Source: an uncultured Planctomycetota bacterium (lineage in GTDB: Bacteria; Planctomycetota; Planctomycetia; Pirellulales; Lacipirellulaceae). From it: a stretch of 64,000 bases of DNA. A program made the position numbers and the translations under genes. Shown here piece by piece: positions 1 through 12,003 of the stretch (positions are counted from its first letter, which is position 1; every line of letters starts with the position of its first letter). The notes under the pieces are model-generated. The model ran no database searches. It was not told the DNA's origin and saw nothing but the letters and a program-made list of their open reading frames with translations. The DNA lies in assembly GCA_963719315.1 (NCBI GenBank), contig CAVRBU010000004.1:736001-800000 (forward strand). Reading direction: 5' to 3'.

Positions 1-20
1 ACTTCGAATGACGGGTAAAT

Positions 21-781
21 ATGGCAGCGTCTGAGGTCTATCGATTCGAGCGGAAATACGTCGTCACCGAGTCGGCGGCCGACGCGATTCGCCGGTTTGT
101 AACCAGCTACTTGGAGCTTGACGAGTACATGGCTGGCAAAGGGCCGACTGGTTATCGAATCTACAGCTTGTATTTCGATACGCCGGATTTCGCCCTCTAT
201 CGGCAAACCATGGGGGGACTCAAGAATCGCTACAAGTTGCGAATTCGATTCTACGATGAGAACGCGTTTAGCCCCGCATTTCTGGAAGTCAAGCGGCGGA
301 CTACCGAAACGATTCACAAACTGCGCACGATGGTGAGCAAGCGTGCCGCCGAAAAGCTGCTGGGCGGCGCAGGCTGAAGTCGGCGGATTTGCTTTCGCCC
401 AACGAAGCCTCGGTTCGTGCTCTCGACGAGTTCTGCAATCGCCGCGAACAGATTCGCCTGGAGGGCGCGGCTTATGTGTGTTACCAGCGCGAAGCCTATG
501 TGTCGCACGCCGCCGAAGGCCTCCGCGTTACGTTCGACCGCCAAATCGTCGGCCAGAGCTATCACTCGGATTGCAGCCTGGCGATCCCCGAGCAGCAAGT
601 ACCGATTGCGCCCAAAGGGGTCGTCCTGGAGCTGAAGTACAACGGCCGCATTCCGCAGTGGATGCACGATCTCGTCGCTTCCTTCCGATTGGAGCGAACC
701 CCTTTTTCGAAATACGTATATTGCACCGACGCACTGCGAAATGTTGCATTGCGGGCCAACCTTCGTGTCCGGAGCGCGTAA
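21..781 (+). CDS. VTC-domain (polyphosphate polymerase-like) protein, frameshifted near 372
   Basis: ORFs 21-377 (RFERKY, YSLYFDTPD, KLRIRFY, FLEVKRR) and 389-781 (YQREAY, RVTFDR, VLELKY, FSKY) are consecutive halves of a VTC/CYTH-like domain. Confidence 0.85.
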
Positions 782-783
782 AT

Positions 784-1473
784 ATGAATTTCATGGAGCT
801 GTTGCGATATGGCGATCCAGGCACTGCGCCGCAAATTCAGACCATCGTGCTGTCCCTGTTACTGGCATTCGTGATTGGCCAGGTGATCGGCTGGACCTAC
901 ATGCTGACGCACACGACTCCATCCTACTCGTCGTCGTTTGTGGCCTCGCTGGTTGTCTTGCCGGTGATTGTTGCGTTGATGATGATTTTGTTGACCGGCA
1001 GCCTGGTGATCGCCTTTGGATTACTGGCCGTGTTCGCCGTCGTACGGTTTCGCAATGTTTTGAAAGACACGCGCGACACGACGTATATCATGTGGGCGAT
1101 CGTGGAAGGCATGGCAATGGGCATCTTCCACTACTCCACGGCCGTGGTCGGCGCCGGATGCGTACTGTTCGTCCTCTTGTATCTGTGGCTCACCGAGTTC
1201 GGCGTCCGGCACCGTTTCGACGCCGCCCTGTCGGTCTCTGTACCCACGGATTCCGGCGCCACGCGCGAGAAGATCGAGCAGATCCTCCTTCGCTTTTCCG
1301 ATCGCATTCTCCTGACGGGCGAGCGGCTGAGCTTCGATGCCCGCCAGGTGTTGAGCTACAGGTTGTTGTTGCGTGATCCGGCCCGACGCGGCGAGCTTCG
1401 CGACGACCTGGCTACCGCCGGTGACGTGCAGGAATTGTCCTTCTACCTGCAGGAAGACGAATCGGAATTGTAA
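784..1473 (+). CDS. DUF4956 family membrane protein
   Basis: Several TM helices, AFGLLAVFAVVRFRNVLKDTRD motif; typical VTC partner. Confidence 0.85.
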   Translation: MNFMELLRYGDPGTAPQIQTIVLSLLLAFVIGQVIGWTYMLTHTTPSYSSSFVASLVVLPVIVALMMILLTGSLVIAFGLLAVFAVVRFRNVLKDTRDTTYIMWAIVEGMAMGIFHYSTAVVGAGCVLFVLLYLWLTEFGVRHRFDAALSVSVPTDSGATREKIEQILLRFSDRILLTGERLSFDARQVLSYRLLLRDPARRGELRDDLATAGDVQELSFYLQEDESEL

Positions 1474-1515
1474 TACGCGTTCCTCTCTCTCGATTGGATT
1501 ATTGGAATAGCTGAT

Positions 1516-2523
1516 ATGACCCAAGAAAAACGCATCCCGTTGTCCCGGACTGTTCGTTTGCGGAGGATTCGCAATCAGGCGGTGCCGGTTCTATCGTTTT
1601 TTGTGGCGGCTATCGCTAGTATCTGGCTCTGGCAAGATTATGGCGGCATGGCTCAAGGCGTGGGCGAAGTGGACTCGCCCCACGTCGATGTCACCAGCCC
1701 GACCGCGGGATTGGTTCTCTCGCTTCCCCACCAGGCCCGTGGGCAATGGCTGGTTTACGACCGCGTGCAGGCCGGCGACATCATTGCCCGCATCGAGGAC
1801 CAGCAACTTGAGAACAGCAAGAATCTGTTGCAGCAAGAGGTCATGAAATTGCTCGACGAGGTCACGCTCGAGTCCGATGCGGTCGGCGCGGGCGGCGACG
1901 CGGTCGCCAACGAGGGCGTCCAGGGCGTTTGGCAATTCGAGAGATCGCGGTTGCTGTCGCTCGACGACCTATTGTCGCCTGAGTTCCAAGATACGCCCGT
2001 TGAAAGTCTCGCCCCGGTTTCTTCGCCACCCGAGCTACCGGCGACCGCCTCCGTGGCTACTCGCGACGCACTGGCCCGGATTCGTGAAACTCGACGTGGG
2101 CTCGAACTCCGTTCGAAAGAGATTCGTCGATCCGCCAAGGCGCTGGAACTTCAGTCGCCGATCAGCGGAACGTTGGTGGCCGTTCACTGTTGGCCCGGTC
2201 AAACCGTGCCCACTGGTGGGCGGATCGCGACGATCGCGGCCGATTACGGCCGGCATATCGTCAGTTACATTCCCGAGGGAAGTCCGCTCGTGGCCAGACC
2301 GGGAATGCAAGTCACGCTACGGACTCGCGCGGCGGGCGCGCGGCGGTTGACCAGCGTGGTGGAGCAAGTGGGCCGGCGGGTCGAACGGATTCCCGCTCAT
2401 CAGATTGCCGCTTCCAAAACACAACTGTGGGGCACGCCGGTCCGCATCAAGATGCCCGCGGATGACCTGTTGCAACCGGGCGCCTTGGTGGACGTGGTTT
2501 ATAGCAGTTCCTCCGTGCACTAA
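1516..2523 (+). CDS. HlyD-like periplasmic adaptor / biotinyl-lipoyl-like membrane fusion protein
   Basis: N-terminal TM, VTSPTAGLV...DRVQAGDIIARI and LQSPISGTL...PGQTV lipoyl half-motifs around a coiled coil. Confidence 0.7.
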   Translation: MTQEKRIPLSRTVRLRRIRNQAVPVLSFFVAAIASIWLWQDYGGMAQGVGEVDSPHVDVTSPTAGLVLSLPHQARGQWLVYDRVQAGDIIARIEDQQLENSKNLLQQEVMKLLDEVTLESDAVGAGGDAVANEGVQGVWQFERSRLLSLDDLLSPEFQDTPVESLAPVSSPPELPATASVATRDALARIRETRRGLELRSKEIRRSAKALELQSPISGTLVAVHCWPGQTVPTGGRIATIAADYGRHIVSYIPEGSPLVARPGMQVTLRTRAAGARRLTSVVEQVGRRVERIPAHQIAASKTQLWGTPVRIKMPADDLLQPGALVDVVYSSSSVH

Positions 2524-2640
2524 CGGGACCAGGGTCGAGGGTCGCACTACCCATGACCGAAGTTTGCCCGCCCCACGCCGCCGCTGAGATGACGCAAGCG
2601 AAAAGAAGTCTGCCTGAATCAAACAACTTTGATGAACAAA

Positions 2641-3935
2641 ATGAACAAAATACTCAAACTGTGTTTAATGCAATTGATCGTGGTCGGACTAATTGCGTCA
2701 TTTGCAAAAGTGGCGCCGGCCGACGTGTATATCAACGAAATCTTCTTTAATCCACCCAGCACGCTCGATTTGACGAGTGAGTATATCGAGTTGCGGGGTA
2801 CACCGAGCATGTCGCTCGCGAACCATTATTTGATCTTCATCGAGAACGCGGATAACAGTTTCCACACCGGTAGCGCCGGCAACATCGAGCATATCTTCAA
2901 CCTGAGCACCGCTCCCTGGGAACGAACGGGTATCTCACCATTCGTCAAAAGGGCAATCCCTACCCGAACCCACCCGCGGGAACGACGAATCTCGTGAACA
3001 CAGGCAACGGAGCAGGCTTTGGTTCCGGCACCTCTGGTTCCAACAGCTCCTCGGTCGGCGCCTCCGATGAAAATGCCAACGGCGAAATCGAAAGCGGCTT
3101 TTCCGCCATGCTAATTCGCGTCAACGCCGGCGGCCTGGCCCCGACGCTCGGATTTGACCTCGATGTCGGCAATAATGGTTTGGATATTCCCACCGGCCGG
3201 GCGAATTGGACCATCCTCGACAGTATTGGCTTCACCGAGCCCGCCGAAGCCTACACCGCCCGTTACTATGCGAAGGTCAATTTTGGACCCGAGCTGCCCG
3301 ATCTCAACCCGTCGAGCCCAACTTACTTCGATCCGTCCCAACATTTGGAGCCGGGGGCCACGTATTCTGGTCTCGGTTTCGAGAGTGAGCTCGCCGCCCG
3401 ATGGGGAAATTCGACCGGCCAGACGGCCTCAGATTGGCATGTGGCCGGCGTGACCGACAACGCAGGGTCGGGCTATCAGGCCGGCTCCCCGAATTATCGT
3501 CAGTCCACGAACGAGGTCGATCCCCCGCCCAACGCCGTAAACCTGCCCCCGTCGCCGATGCCTGCGACGGTCACGTCGAATCATGCGGTCCCTTACGGCA
3601 CGATTCTCACCAACACGCTGGGTGCCCCGAATTTCATGCTCGGTGACTATAACAAGGACGGAAAAGTCAACGCGGCTGACTATGTCGTGTGGCGAAACAC
3701 GGTGGGTCAAACCGGCTCCGACCTGGTCGATCACCCGGCCGACGGAGATCACAATTACGTCGTTGGCTCGAACGATTACAACGTCTGGAGATCGCACTTT
3801 GGTCAACCATCAGGCAGCGGTGCGGGCGCCGCAGTGCTCGCGTCCACGGTCCCTGAACCGGCGGGTTGGTATTTGGCGATGTGGGCTGCTTTCGCAGCGA
3901 TAGGGTTGAGACAGAATCGCGCCGCCATCGCTTAA
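2641..3935 (+). CDS. Exported PEP-CTERM protein with lamin-tail-like N-terminus and dockerin-like repeats (frameshift near 2912)
   Basis: Signal peptide, VYINEIFFNPP..EYIELRG, GDYNKDGKVNAADYVVWR, C-terminal VPEP+TM+basic residues. Confidence 0.75.
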
Positions 3936-4006
3936 CGACCCGACATTCTTCAAACGCTCGCGCCGCGCTACGCACTTTAAAAAATCACTTCGGTATGTTG
4001 GGCGAC

Positions 4007-5149
4007 CTAAGCGAAGTGATCTTCAGGGCGGATCGACGGCAGCGCCCCGATGCCGGGTGATCGCTTTTGCCAAGGGCTACGCTGCCAATTATCCACCGGC
4101 ACCTCCTCGGCGATGATCGGCGGCAAAGCGAACTCGAAGTACTGCGAGAGTGCTACCAGAAACGGCTCGTACATCTGGCGGAGCTCGCTGAGTCGCGTGA
4201 AGGAAGCGTCGGTGCAATCCACGCGCAAGCCCGCGTCATGCAACTCGTTCAGAAACTTGTGATAGCGCTCGTTCGACAGGCGGTCCTCAATCCTCTCAGG
4301 TTGGCGCGCATGAAAGATGAGGGCTAGATCGACGGCAGCATGACGCGCCATCGCAAACGTAATTTGCAATTGGTGGCGGTTAACGTCGGGAAAATTTCCC
4401 AAGAGCACCGAGCAGGTGTCGAGAATCACCGCCAGGCCGGCTAGCCAGTTCTGATTGTCGTGCTGCGAGCGATAGAACGCCAAGAAGGGAAACGAAAGCT
4501 GGCTTTCCAGCAACTCGGCGGCCCACCGCTCCCACTCCACCAGTAATGGTTCGATTTGAGAGACCGTGCCTGTCGTGGCGAAGCGACGAATCAATTCGCC
4601 GGCGGTAGGGGGCGAACCGGCGCGGGCGTCGAGCAGCGCAATGTCCCGCTCGCGGCGCGAAAAAGCCTGATAGAGCACTGGCAGGTAGCCGATCACGACG
4701 GCCATGAAGCCGAAACCGACGCCGGATTCCAGCACGCTCAAGAAACGCCCCGCCCAGCTCGTGGGAGAAATATCGCCATAACCAAGCGTGAAAAAAGTCT
4801 CGCCGCTGAGGTACATGCAGGCGGAAAAACTGGGTGCCCCTGGGGAATTGCCAAGCGGCGCAGCGAGCGCCCAGTGCAAAGCGGCAAAGGCGAAGATTAG
4901 CGCGGCCGCCCACGTAGTTAACAACCCCAACAAAGAGAACGGGCCAAACCAACTCAACAAATGTTGCCGCATCGCGCCGCGAACAAAAAAGTCGGCCCCG
5001 CCGCGCCAAGCCTTCCAGGATGTGCGGTAAAACAACCGCGCCGGCCGAAGTTTGCGCATCGCCCGCCGCGGCAACACCAGTGCCTCGAACGCATCGACCA
5101 GAACCAGGAGCATGATCGCAACGGCAAACGCTGCTGCTAGGAGTCGCAT
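4007..5149 (-). CDS. Potassium channel family protein (Ion_trans_2)
   Basis: YLSGETFFTLGYGDI selectivity-filter motif between TM helices. Confidence 0.85.
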   Translation of the reverse strand: MRLLAAAFAVAIMLLVLVDAFEALVLPRRAMRKLRPARLFYRTSWKAWRGGADFFVRGAMRQHLLSWFGPFSLLGLLTTWAAALIFAFAALHWALAAPLGNSPGAPSFSACMYLSGETFFTLGYGDISPTSWAGRFLSVLESGVGFGFMAVVIGYLPVLYQAFSRRERDIALLDARAGSPPTAGELIRRFATTGTVSQIEPLLVEWERWAAELLESQLSFPFLAFYRSQHDNQNWLAGLAVILDTCSVLLGNFPDVNRHQLQITFAMARHAAVDLALIFHARQPERIEDRLSNERYHKFLNELHDAGLRVDCTDASFTRLSELRQMYEPFLVALSQYFEFALPPIIAEEVPVDNWQRSPWQKRSPGIGALPSIRPEDHFA

Positions 5150-5219
5150 AGTTCCTCAACGACGCATTATATCGCGATGACGCCCATTTTCGTGGTCCCA
5201 TCATACCGCGCGAACGTCG

Positions 5220-5936
5220 TCAGGCGAGGTCGAAGTACAAGAGTTGGCTTTCTTCGCTGGCCGTGACGGTTAATTTTTCCGGACCTGAGAAGGTGATCGC
5301 GTCGCCGGACGTAAGCGTCGTCTGCTCCACTTGGACCGAGCCGTACGCGATGTGGACATACGCATAACGGTTCGGAGCCAGATTCAGGGTGACCTGCTGC
5401 CCGCTGCCGACTTCGGCGACATTTAGGACCGCGTCCTGGTGGATGCGCAGCGATTCATAGCGACCATCGGGGCTGGCCAGAACTTGCCACTTTCCGCGAC
5501 GGCCCTCCCGTTCGAAGGCCTTTTGCGTGTACTCCGGCGGCAGATGCAGCTTATCGGGCTCGATCCAGATTTGCAGCAGGTGCACTCGGTCCGTTGGCGA
5601 GTCGTTCACCTCGCTGTGGTGGATGCCGCGGCCGGCGGTCATGGCTTGCAATTCGCCGGGGCGAAGCTCGCCGTCGCTGCCCGTGCTGTCGCGATGGCGA
5701 AGCGTGCCTTCGAGGACCCACGTGAGTATCTCCATGTTTTTGTGCCCGTGCTCGCCGAAACCGGAGGACGGTTCGATGACGTCGTCGTTGATCACGCGCA
5801 GCAAACGGTAGCCGAGGTTTTCCGGATCGTAGTACCGGCCAAACGAGAACGAGTGCCGGCCGTGCAGCCAGCGGAGCTCGGTTTTGCCGCGGTCTTCGGC
5901 CCGTCGAATGGCGAGCGAGTTGGTTGTCGTGGACAT
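5220..5936 (-). CDS. Pirin family protein (YhhW-like)
   Basis: HSFSFGRYYDP, GFGEHGH..MEI, MTAGRGIHHSE, LLQIWI. Confidence 0.92.
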   Translation of the reverse strand: MSTTTNSLAIRRAEDRGKTELRWLHGRHSFSFGRYYDPENLGYRLLRVINDDVIEPSSGFGEHGHKNMEILTWVLEGTLRHRDSTGSDGELRPGELQAMTAGRGIHHSEVNDSPTDRVHLLQIWIEPDKLHLPPEYTQKAFEREGRRGKWQVLASPDGRYESLRIHQDAVLNVAEVGSGQQVTLNLAPNRYAYVHIAYGSVQVEQTTLTSGDAITFSGPEKLTVTASEESQLLYFDLA

Positions 5937-5972
5937 TGCTTGTTCCTTTTCTTTTGCAAACGAAGAATCACA

Positions 5973-6035
5973 AAACCGTCAAGCCGCCAAGAACTACCAA
6001 AGAGATCTTGGCGTGCTTGGCGTCCCTTACGGTTT
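5973..6035. repeat. Inverted repeat with tandem CGCCAAG/CTTGGCG arms (copy 1)
   Basis: aaaccgtcaagccgccaagaactaccaa ... cttggcgtgcttggcgtcccttacggttt. Confidence 0.7.
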
Positions 6036-6128
6036 CATTCATACTGTACTTCTATGCGCGTACTGTCGCACGAACAAGAATGCACCTTTTTGTGAGTGAG
6101 TAACCGAAAAGTTACCAGGTAACTTGCT

Positions 6129-6458
6129 ATGCCCAAGAAAGCAGTCGGCTGTGCGGTGGAAACGGCGATTGAAATCATCGGCGGGCGATGGAAGGTGCTG
6201 ATTCTTCAAGAGCTGTTTGGCGGGACACGGCGGTTCAGCGAACTGCACCGGGCGCTCGCTGGAGTCTCACACCGGACACTTACGCAACAACTTCGCGAGC
6301 TGGAAGCCCACGGTATCCTCCGCCGCAAAATTCATCGGCAGATCCCCCCGAAGGTTGAGTATTCGCTAACACCGCTGGGTGAGACGCTGCGGCCGGTAAT
6401 TGGCGTCATGCATGATTGGGCGGAGGAATATAGCCGCACCAGGTTAAAGAAGCGTTAA
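6129..6458 (+). CDS. HxlR family winged-helix transcriptional regulator
   Basis: CAVETAIEIIGGRWK, RRFSEL, LTQQLRELE, PPKVEYSLT; divergent from pirin. Confidence 0.92.
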   Translation: MPKKAVGCAVETAIEIIGGRWKVLILQELFGGTRRFSELHRALAGVSHRTLTQQLRELEAHGILRRKIHRQIPPKVEYSLTPLGETLRPVIGVMHDWAEEYSRTRLKKR

Positions 6459-6795
6459 ACGCAGACTGTTTATTGATGCGTTGCAATCAAGCGACAAGAT
6501 TGTTGATGGCAAAGCATTCAGCGCGGACGGCTGGCGACCACGTGTCTAGCTGGTTTCTTGAGTTGCCCCGCAATGAGCCGGGCCTCCCGAAGCTCGACCA
6601 CAGCCTCCCAATCGACATCGGCTAAGGAAATTAGCCGGTGCATCGCATTGCGAATTGCCGCGCGGTATAATCGCGGCCTCTTATCCACGCACGATGCGCC
6701 GCGGAAACCAGAGATTGGGCGGTTCCCTGGCAACTTGGACGCTCACCACTTAGCGGTAGTCCATCATCACGTCACTTCAACGAATTGGAGGAAAT

Positions 6796-7722
6796 ATGCG
6801 AACGAATCTCCCGACGACATTTGTTCGAGCTGCGATTCTGGGAGCTGCATTCCTAAGCCTCAATGGGCCTGCACTTGCCGACCAGGCGGCGGACGAGTCC
6901 GCAATTCGCGCGAATGCCGAGAAATACGTCGAGTCGTACAACCGTCGCGACTCCAGGACGATGGCCTCGATGTGGTCGCCCGACGCCGTTTACACGGACG
7001 GATCGACCGGCGAAGCCATCGTGGGGCAAGCCGCAATCGCCAAGCAACTCGATGATGTGTTCGCGGGGGCGGAGGACGCGAAATTGAAGGTGACTATTGA
7101 CTCGATCGATTTCGTTTCGCCGAACGTGGCGATTGAAAAGGGAACAGCCGAGGTCACTTATTCCAAATCGCCGACGGAAAAAACCGAATACACGGCCGTG
7201 CACGTCAAACGCGACGGCAAGTGGATGCTGGATCGCGTAACGGACACGGAGATCGATGACAAACCGGCGGAACCGCCGCCGTCGAATTACGAACATTTGA
7301 AAGAATTGGAATGGATGATCGGCTCGTGGATCGATCGGGACGAAACCGCCACGATTGAAACCGATTGCGAATGGTGCAAAAACCGCAATTTCATGACGCG
7401 ATCGTTCGCCGTCGTCATTGGTGACCAGGTGAGCAAGTCCGGCATGCAGATCGTAGGTTGGGATCCGGTGAGCAAGCAAATCCGCTCCTGGGTGTTCGAC
7501 TCCGACGGCGGTTTTTCCCAAGGAACGTGGACTCGCAAGGACCAGAAATGGATGGTGCAACAAACGGGCACGCTGCCCGATGGCGGCAAGACCTCGGCCC
7601 TCAATATCTTCACGCACGTCGATGATGACTCGTTCACCTGGCAATCGATCAACCGCCAGGTCGATGGCGAGATGCTGCCGAACATCGATGAGGTCCTGAT
7701 TTCTCGCAAAACTGCCGATTGA
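6796..7722 (+). CDS. Secreted SgcJ/EcaC (NTF2/SnoaL-like, DUF4440) domain protein
   Basis: Signal peptide; YTAVHVKRDGKW; second domain LEWMIGSW...QIVGWDP..IRSWVFDSDGG. Confidence 0.8.
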   Translation: MRTNLPTTFVRAAILGAAFLSLNGPALADQAADESAIRANAEKYVESYNRRDSRTMASMWSPDAVYTDGSTGEAIVGQAAIAKQLDDVFAGAEDAKLKVTIDSIDFVSPNVAIEKGTAEVTYSKSPTEKTEYTAVHVKRDGKWMLDRVTDTEIDDKPAEPPPSNYEHLKELEWMIGSWIDRDETATIETDCEWCKNRNFMTRSFAVVIGDQVSKSGMQIVGWDPVSKQIRSWVFDSDGGFSQGTWTRKDQKWMVQQTGTLPDGGKTSALNIFTHVDDDSFTWQSINRQVDGEMLPNIDEVLISRKTAD

Positions 7723-7730
7723 ATCGAGCC

Positions 7731-7803
7731 GTGGGAGGTGTCTCCGACGCCGTTGCGCTTTGCATTGCTTTGAATGAGCGTCGAGTTCGAAAAAGCCTCC
7801 CAC
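7731..7803. repeat. Degenerate GTGGGAG-type REP-like inverted pair
   Basis: gtgggaggtgtctccgacgccg ... tcgagttcgaaaaagcctcccac. Confidence 0.45.
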
Positions 7804-7830
7804 TCAAAATCAACGAAGAAGGAGTCAAAT

Positions 7831-9434
7831 ATGAAACGCTACACATGGTTAGCGATTAGCTTGTTGACGGTCGGAGCCTTTTTTTCATCCGAGATTCTGG
7901 CTCGCGGTGGCCGCGGCGGCGGCGGATTCGGAGGCGGCGGCGGTCGTGGCGGCGGGGGAGGTGGCATTTCTCACGGCGGCGGTGGTGGTGGTATATCCCG
8001 CGGCGGCGGCGGTGGTGGTGGCATTTCCCGCGGCGGCGGTGGCGGCAATCTCGCCGGGCGCACTCCGAGCATGTCGCGGCCTTCGGGCGGGTCTTCGATC
8101 AGCCGTCCCAGTGGCGGTCGGCCCGCGATGGGACATCTGCCCACTCCGAACTCGCGGCCCGGCGGAGGAAACATCAGCCGGCCCAACACGGGGATCGCGA
8201 ATCGGCCGAGCACGGGCAATACCACTCGTCCCAACATTGGCGGCAATCGGCCCGGCAACATCGCCGGCACGCCCGGCCGACCGAGCGCCGGCACTCGGCC
8301 CGGCGGTGGGGCGCCTTCCAGGGGCGATCTTCAACACTTTCTCGACATACCGGGTTCAGGCGGCGGCGCGGCGCGGCCCGGCCAACGTCCTGCAACACGA
8401 CCCGGCGGCGATGTGTTGGTCGGCGGGGCGGCCGGCCAATTCCTACACGATAATCCGTCACGCCTCCCTTCCAGGCCCGGTGCCGGAGATATGGCAAGTA
8501 CTCGACCCGCGACGCGACCCGATCTTGGTGGCCTGCGCCGGGAGGTGGTGAGGGACTTCGACCCGGCGGTGAAAATCGACCAGGGCTTCCTGGCGTAAGT
8601 GATCGGCCTGGACTTCCTGGTACTGGCGATCGACCGGGACGACCCGGTGAAGGAGGTATACGACCGGATCGCCCAAATCGTCCGGGTGATTGGGCCAATA
8701 ATCGGCCTAACCGCATTCCCGATCCCGATCGGGATCGCTGGAATAATTGGCGGAACGATCATCGCAACGACATTTGGGGCCATTGGCACAATCACTGGCA
8801 CGATCATAACAATTGGTACAACAACAACTGGTGGGTAAACCACCATTGGCACTATCCGTACTACAACAATTTCAACGTGTGGGGCTACGCCGCGTGGCCA
8901 GCAATGTCAGGTTGGATTGATTACGGTTGGACGCAGCCTGTGTATTACAACTACGGCGAAAACGTCTACTACGATGCCGGTCAGGTTTACTATGGCGATC
9001 AGCCCGTGGCGACGGCTGCCGACTACGCGCAGCAGGCGGCCGCGATCGCTCTCAATCAACCGGCCGCACAACCGACGGCTGAGGACTGGATGCCGCTCGG
9101 CGTGTTCGCGTTGACGACCGACGGTGAACCCAACGGCGCCGACCCCACGATGTACCTGCAACTCGCCGTGAGCAAGCAAGGCGTGCTTTCCGGCACGTTT
9201 CAGAACACGGCTACCGACACGGCCCAAGAAATCGAAGGCATGGTCGATAAGGAGACGCAGCGCGCGGCCTGGGCGCCAAAGGGGAAGCAGGCCCCGATCA
9301 TGGAAACGGGCATCTCGAACCTGACGCAGGACACGACGCCCGCGTTGGTTCACTTCGCCGATGGTACGACGCAGCAGTGGCTGATGGTTCGGCTCGATAA
9401 GCCGCAGGAAGGCGGCGCAACGCAAACAAAGTGA
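7831..9434 (+). CDS. Secreted Gly/Arg/Pro-rich planctomycete 'protocadherin-like' protein (frameshift near 8530)
   Basis: Signal peptide, RGGRGGGG and RPG repeats, W/H/N-rich linker, C-domain YYNYGENVYY..WMPLGVF..LQLAVSKQG..GMVDKETQRAAW; paralog at 36608-38302. Confidence 0.7.
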
Positions 9435-9539
9435 TGAACAGCGATTTGTAATATGTATTCGGCAACATGATTGGGGCGCACGCAATTGGGCGTCCGTGCA
9501 TTGGTTGATCGACACTGTTGAAATGAATGGAAGGTTTTC

Positions 9540-11102
9540 ATGAGACGTTTCACGACGGGGTTAGTCATCGCATGTAGTTTTCTCATTCCAGTTCTTGTGC
9601 ATGCGCAAGCGAAAAAGCCGAACATCCTCGTCATCTGGGGCGACGACATCGGCACGTGGAACATCAGCCACAACAATCGTGGCATGATGGGCTACGAGAC
9701 GCCCAATATCGATCGCATTGCCAGGGAAGGACTCTCTTTTACCGACTACTACGGTCAGCAGTCGTGCACAGCCGGTAGGGCTGCGTTCATTGGCGGCAAC
9801 GTGCCGGTGCGAACCGGCATGACGAAAGTTGGATTGCCGGGAGCGAAAGAAGGCTGGCAGAAGACGGACGTCACGATGGCCACGGTGATGAAGAGTCTGG
9901 GCTACGCAACCGGTCAGTTCGGTAAGAACCACCATGGTGATCGCGACGAACACCTACCCACAATGCACGGTTTCGATGAGTTCCTGGGTAATCTCTACCA
10001 CCTTAATGCCGAAGAGGAACCGGAAAACGAGGATTATCCTGCCGATATGGTTTTGGCCAATGGGAAGACGTTCAAGCAGGTGTTCGGACCGCGCGGCGTC
10101 ATTCACAGTACGGCAGACGGCAAGGGTGGCCAGACGATTGAAGACACTGGCCCACTGACCAAGAAGCGGATGGAGACCATAGACGCGGAAACGATCGCCG
10201 CCGCGAAGGACTTCATCACCCGCCAGGTGAAAGCTGGCAAGCCATTCTTCTGCTGGTGGAATGGCACCCGCATGCACTTCCGCACCCACGTGAAAAAGGA
10301 ACACCGCCACAAGGGCAATGATGAATACACCGACGGCATGATCGAGCACGATATGCAGGTGGGCGAATTGCTGAAGCTACTCGACGATCTGGGCATTGCG
10401 GATAATACGATCGTTCAATACTCCACCGACAACGGCCCGCATTTCAACACTTGGCCGGATGCCGCAACAACGCCGTTCCGCAGCGAGAAGAATTCCAACT
10501 GGGAGGGTGCGTACCGCGTCCCCTGCTTCGTCCGCTGGCCGGGGCATTTCCCCGCTGGTAAAACGCTCAATGGAATCGTCGCTCACGAAGACTGGTTGCC
10601 CACGTTTGCCGCGGTCGCGGGTGGCTCAGATATCAAAGAAAAACTCCACAATGGAGTCGAGCTCAACGGCCGGAAATACCACAACTGCATTGATGGCTAC
10701 AATCAACTCGATTACCTGAGTGGTAAGACCAAGGAATCGCCGCGCCACGAATTCATGTACGTGAATGACGACGGCCAGATCGTCGCGATTCGCTACAACG
10801 CCTGGAAGGCCGTCTTTCTTGAAAACAGAGGCCAGGCGTTCGGCGTGTGGCGCGAACCTTTCACCGAGCTACGCGTACCGCTACTCTTCAATCTCCGCCG
10901 CGATCCGTTCGAAAAGGCGCAACACAATTCGAACACCTACAACGACTGGTTCCTCGACCGCGTGTATGTGCTGGCGCCGATGCAGCAGTTTGCCGGGAAG
11001 TTCCTCATGACGATGAAGGAATTCCCACCGAGCCAAACTCCTGGCTCGTTCAACCTCCAAAAAGTCCAGAAGATGATCGAGTCCAGCATGGGCGGGAAAT
11101 GA
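9540..11102 (+). CDS. Arylsulfatase (Cys-type)
   Basis: [41 protein letters not shown]. Confidence 0.92.
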   Translation: MRRFTTGLVIACSFLIPVLVHAQAKKPNILVIWGDDIGTWNISHNNRGMMGYETPNIDRIAREGLSFTDYYGQQSCTAGRAAFIGGNVPVRTGMTKVGLPGAKEGWQKTDVTMATVMKSLGYATGQFGKNHHGDRDEHLPTMHGFDEFLGNLYHLNAEEEPENEDYPADMVLANGKTFKQVFGPRGVIHSTADGKGGQTIEDTGPLTKKRMETIDAETIAAAKDFITRQVKAGKPFFCWWNGTRMHFRTHVKKEHRHKGNDEYTDGMIEHDMQVGELLKLLDDLGIADNTIVQYSTDNGPHFNTWPDAATTPFRSEKNSNWEGAYRVPCFVRWPGHFPAGKTLNGIVAHEDWLPTFAAVAGGSDIKEKLHNGVELNGRKYHNCIDGYNQLDYLSGKTKESPRHEFMYVNDDGQIVAIRYNAWKAVFLENRGQAFGVWREPFTELRVPLLFNLRRDPFEKAQHNSNTYNDWFLDRVYVLAPMQQFAGKFLMTMKEFPPSQTPGSFNLQKVQKMIESSMGGK

Positions 11103-11271
11103 ATATCAGCGTGGCGAGCGGAGAGTTCACGGTAGCCCTGCACCGTCAGTACGCTGTTTTCGTCCCCTCCAAGGCGTAACGGCCTCGGTGACAACTTTTA
11201 GAAATGTGGCCTCGGTGGGTCACTTTTTGAGCCGCCACGCGTTGAAATCCAACCTTGAAGGAGAAACTGTC

Positions 11272-11958
11272 ATGGCCAAAGTTGCCAAGGGTATGATCGA
11301 CCCCGATGACGCCGTCTTGCTGCTCATCGATCACCAGAGCGGGTTATTCCAGCTCGTAAAAGACATGGATATGCTCGCGCTACGCAACAACGTGATCGCG
11401 CTCGCCAAAGCGGCGCGGCTCACCAAAACGCCGACGTTCACGACGGCCTCCGTGCCCGACGGGCCCAACGGCCCGCTGATTCCGGAAATCCACGACGCGA
11501 ATCCCGAAGCGATCTACATCCCGCGCACAGGCCAGATCAACGCCTGGGACAATCCGAAGTGGGTCGAAGCGATCGAGAACACCGGCCGCAGGACGCTGAT
11601 TATCGCGGGCACGCTCACGAGCGTTTGCATGGCGTTCCCGACGCTAAGTGCGCTTGCCGCCGGTTACAAAGTGTTTAACGTCGTCGACGCCTCGGGTAAC
11701 TTTTCCTCAATGGCGACCGATATTACGCTGGCCCGCGTCGTACAGGCCGGCGCGATTCCGACCGATACCTTCGCCACGCTGGCGGAACTTATGAGCACGT
11801 GGAACCGGCCTGACGCGATGGAATTTGCCGGCATCATGAAGGACCACATCGTGCCGCACTACCAGTTGCTGTTCGAAAGCTACGAGAAGGCACAGAAAGC
11901 GCAAAAGGACGGTCGGGAAACCAAGCTCGATCGCCAGGTTGCCCGCACGGCGAAGTAA
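11272..11958 (+). CDS. Isochorismatase family hydrolase (YcaC-like)
   Basis: [33 protein letters not shown]. Confidence 0.88.
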   Translation: MAKVAKGMIDPDDAVLLLIDHQSGLFQLVKDMDMLALRNNVIALAKAARLTKTPTFTTASVPDGPNGPLIPEIHDANPEAIYIPRTGQINAWDNPKWVEAIENTGRRTLIIAGTLTSVCMAFPTLSALAAGYKVFNVVDASGNFSSMATDITLARVVQAGAIPTDTFATLAELMSTWNRPDAMEFAGIMKDHIVPHYQLLFESYEKAQKAQKDGRETKLDRQVARTAK

Positions 11959-12003
11959 ACACCATGTATCGAATTGCTCGTACGCACTTTTCTTGAGATT
12001 GTG

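Noticed and set aside
6518..6733. Possible HepT/DUF86 toxin remnant (RNAMHRLI..DVDWEAV)
   Set aside because: No intact RxxxxH motif, no antitoxin partner, similarity too weak
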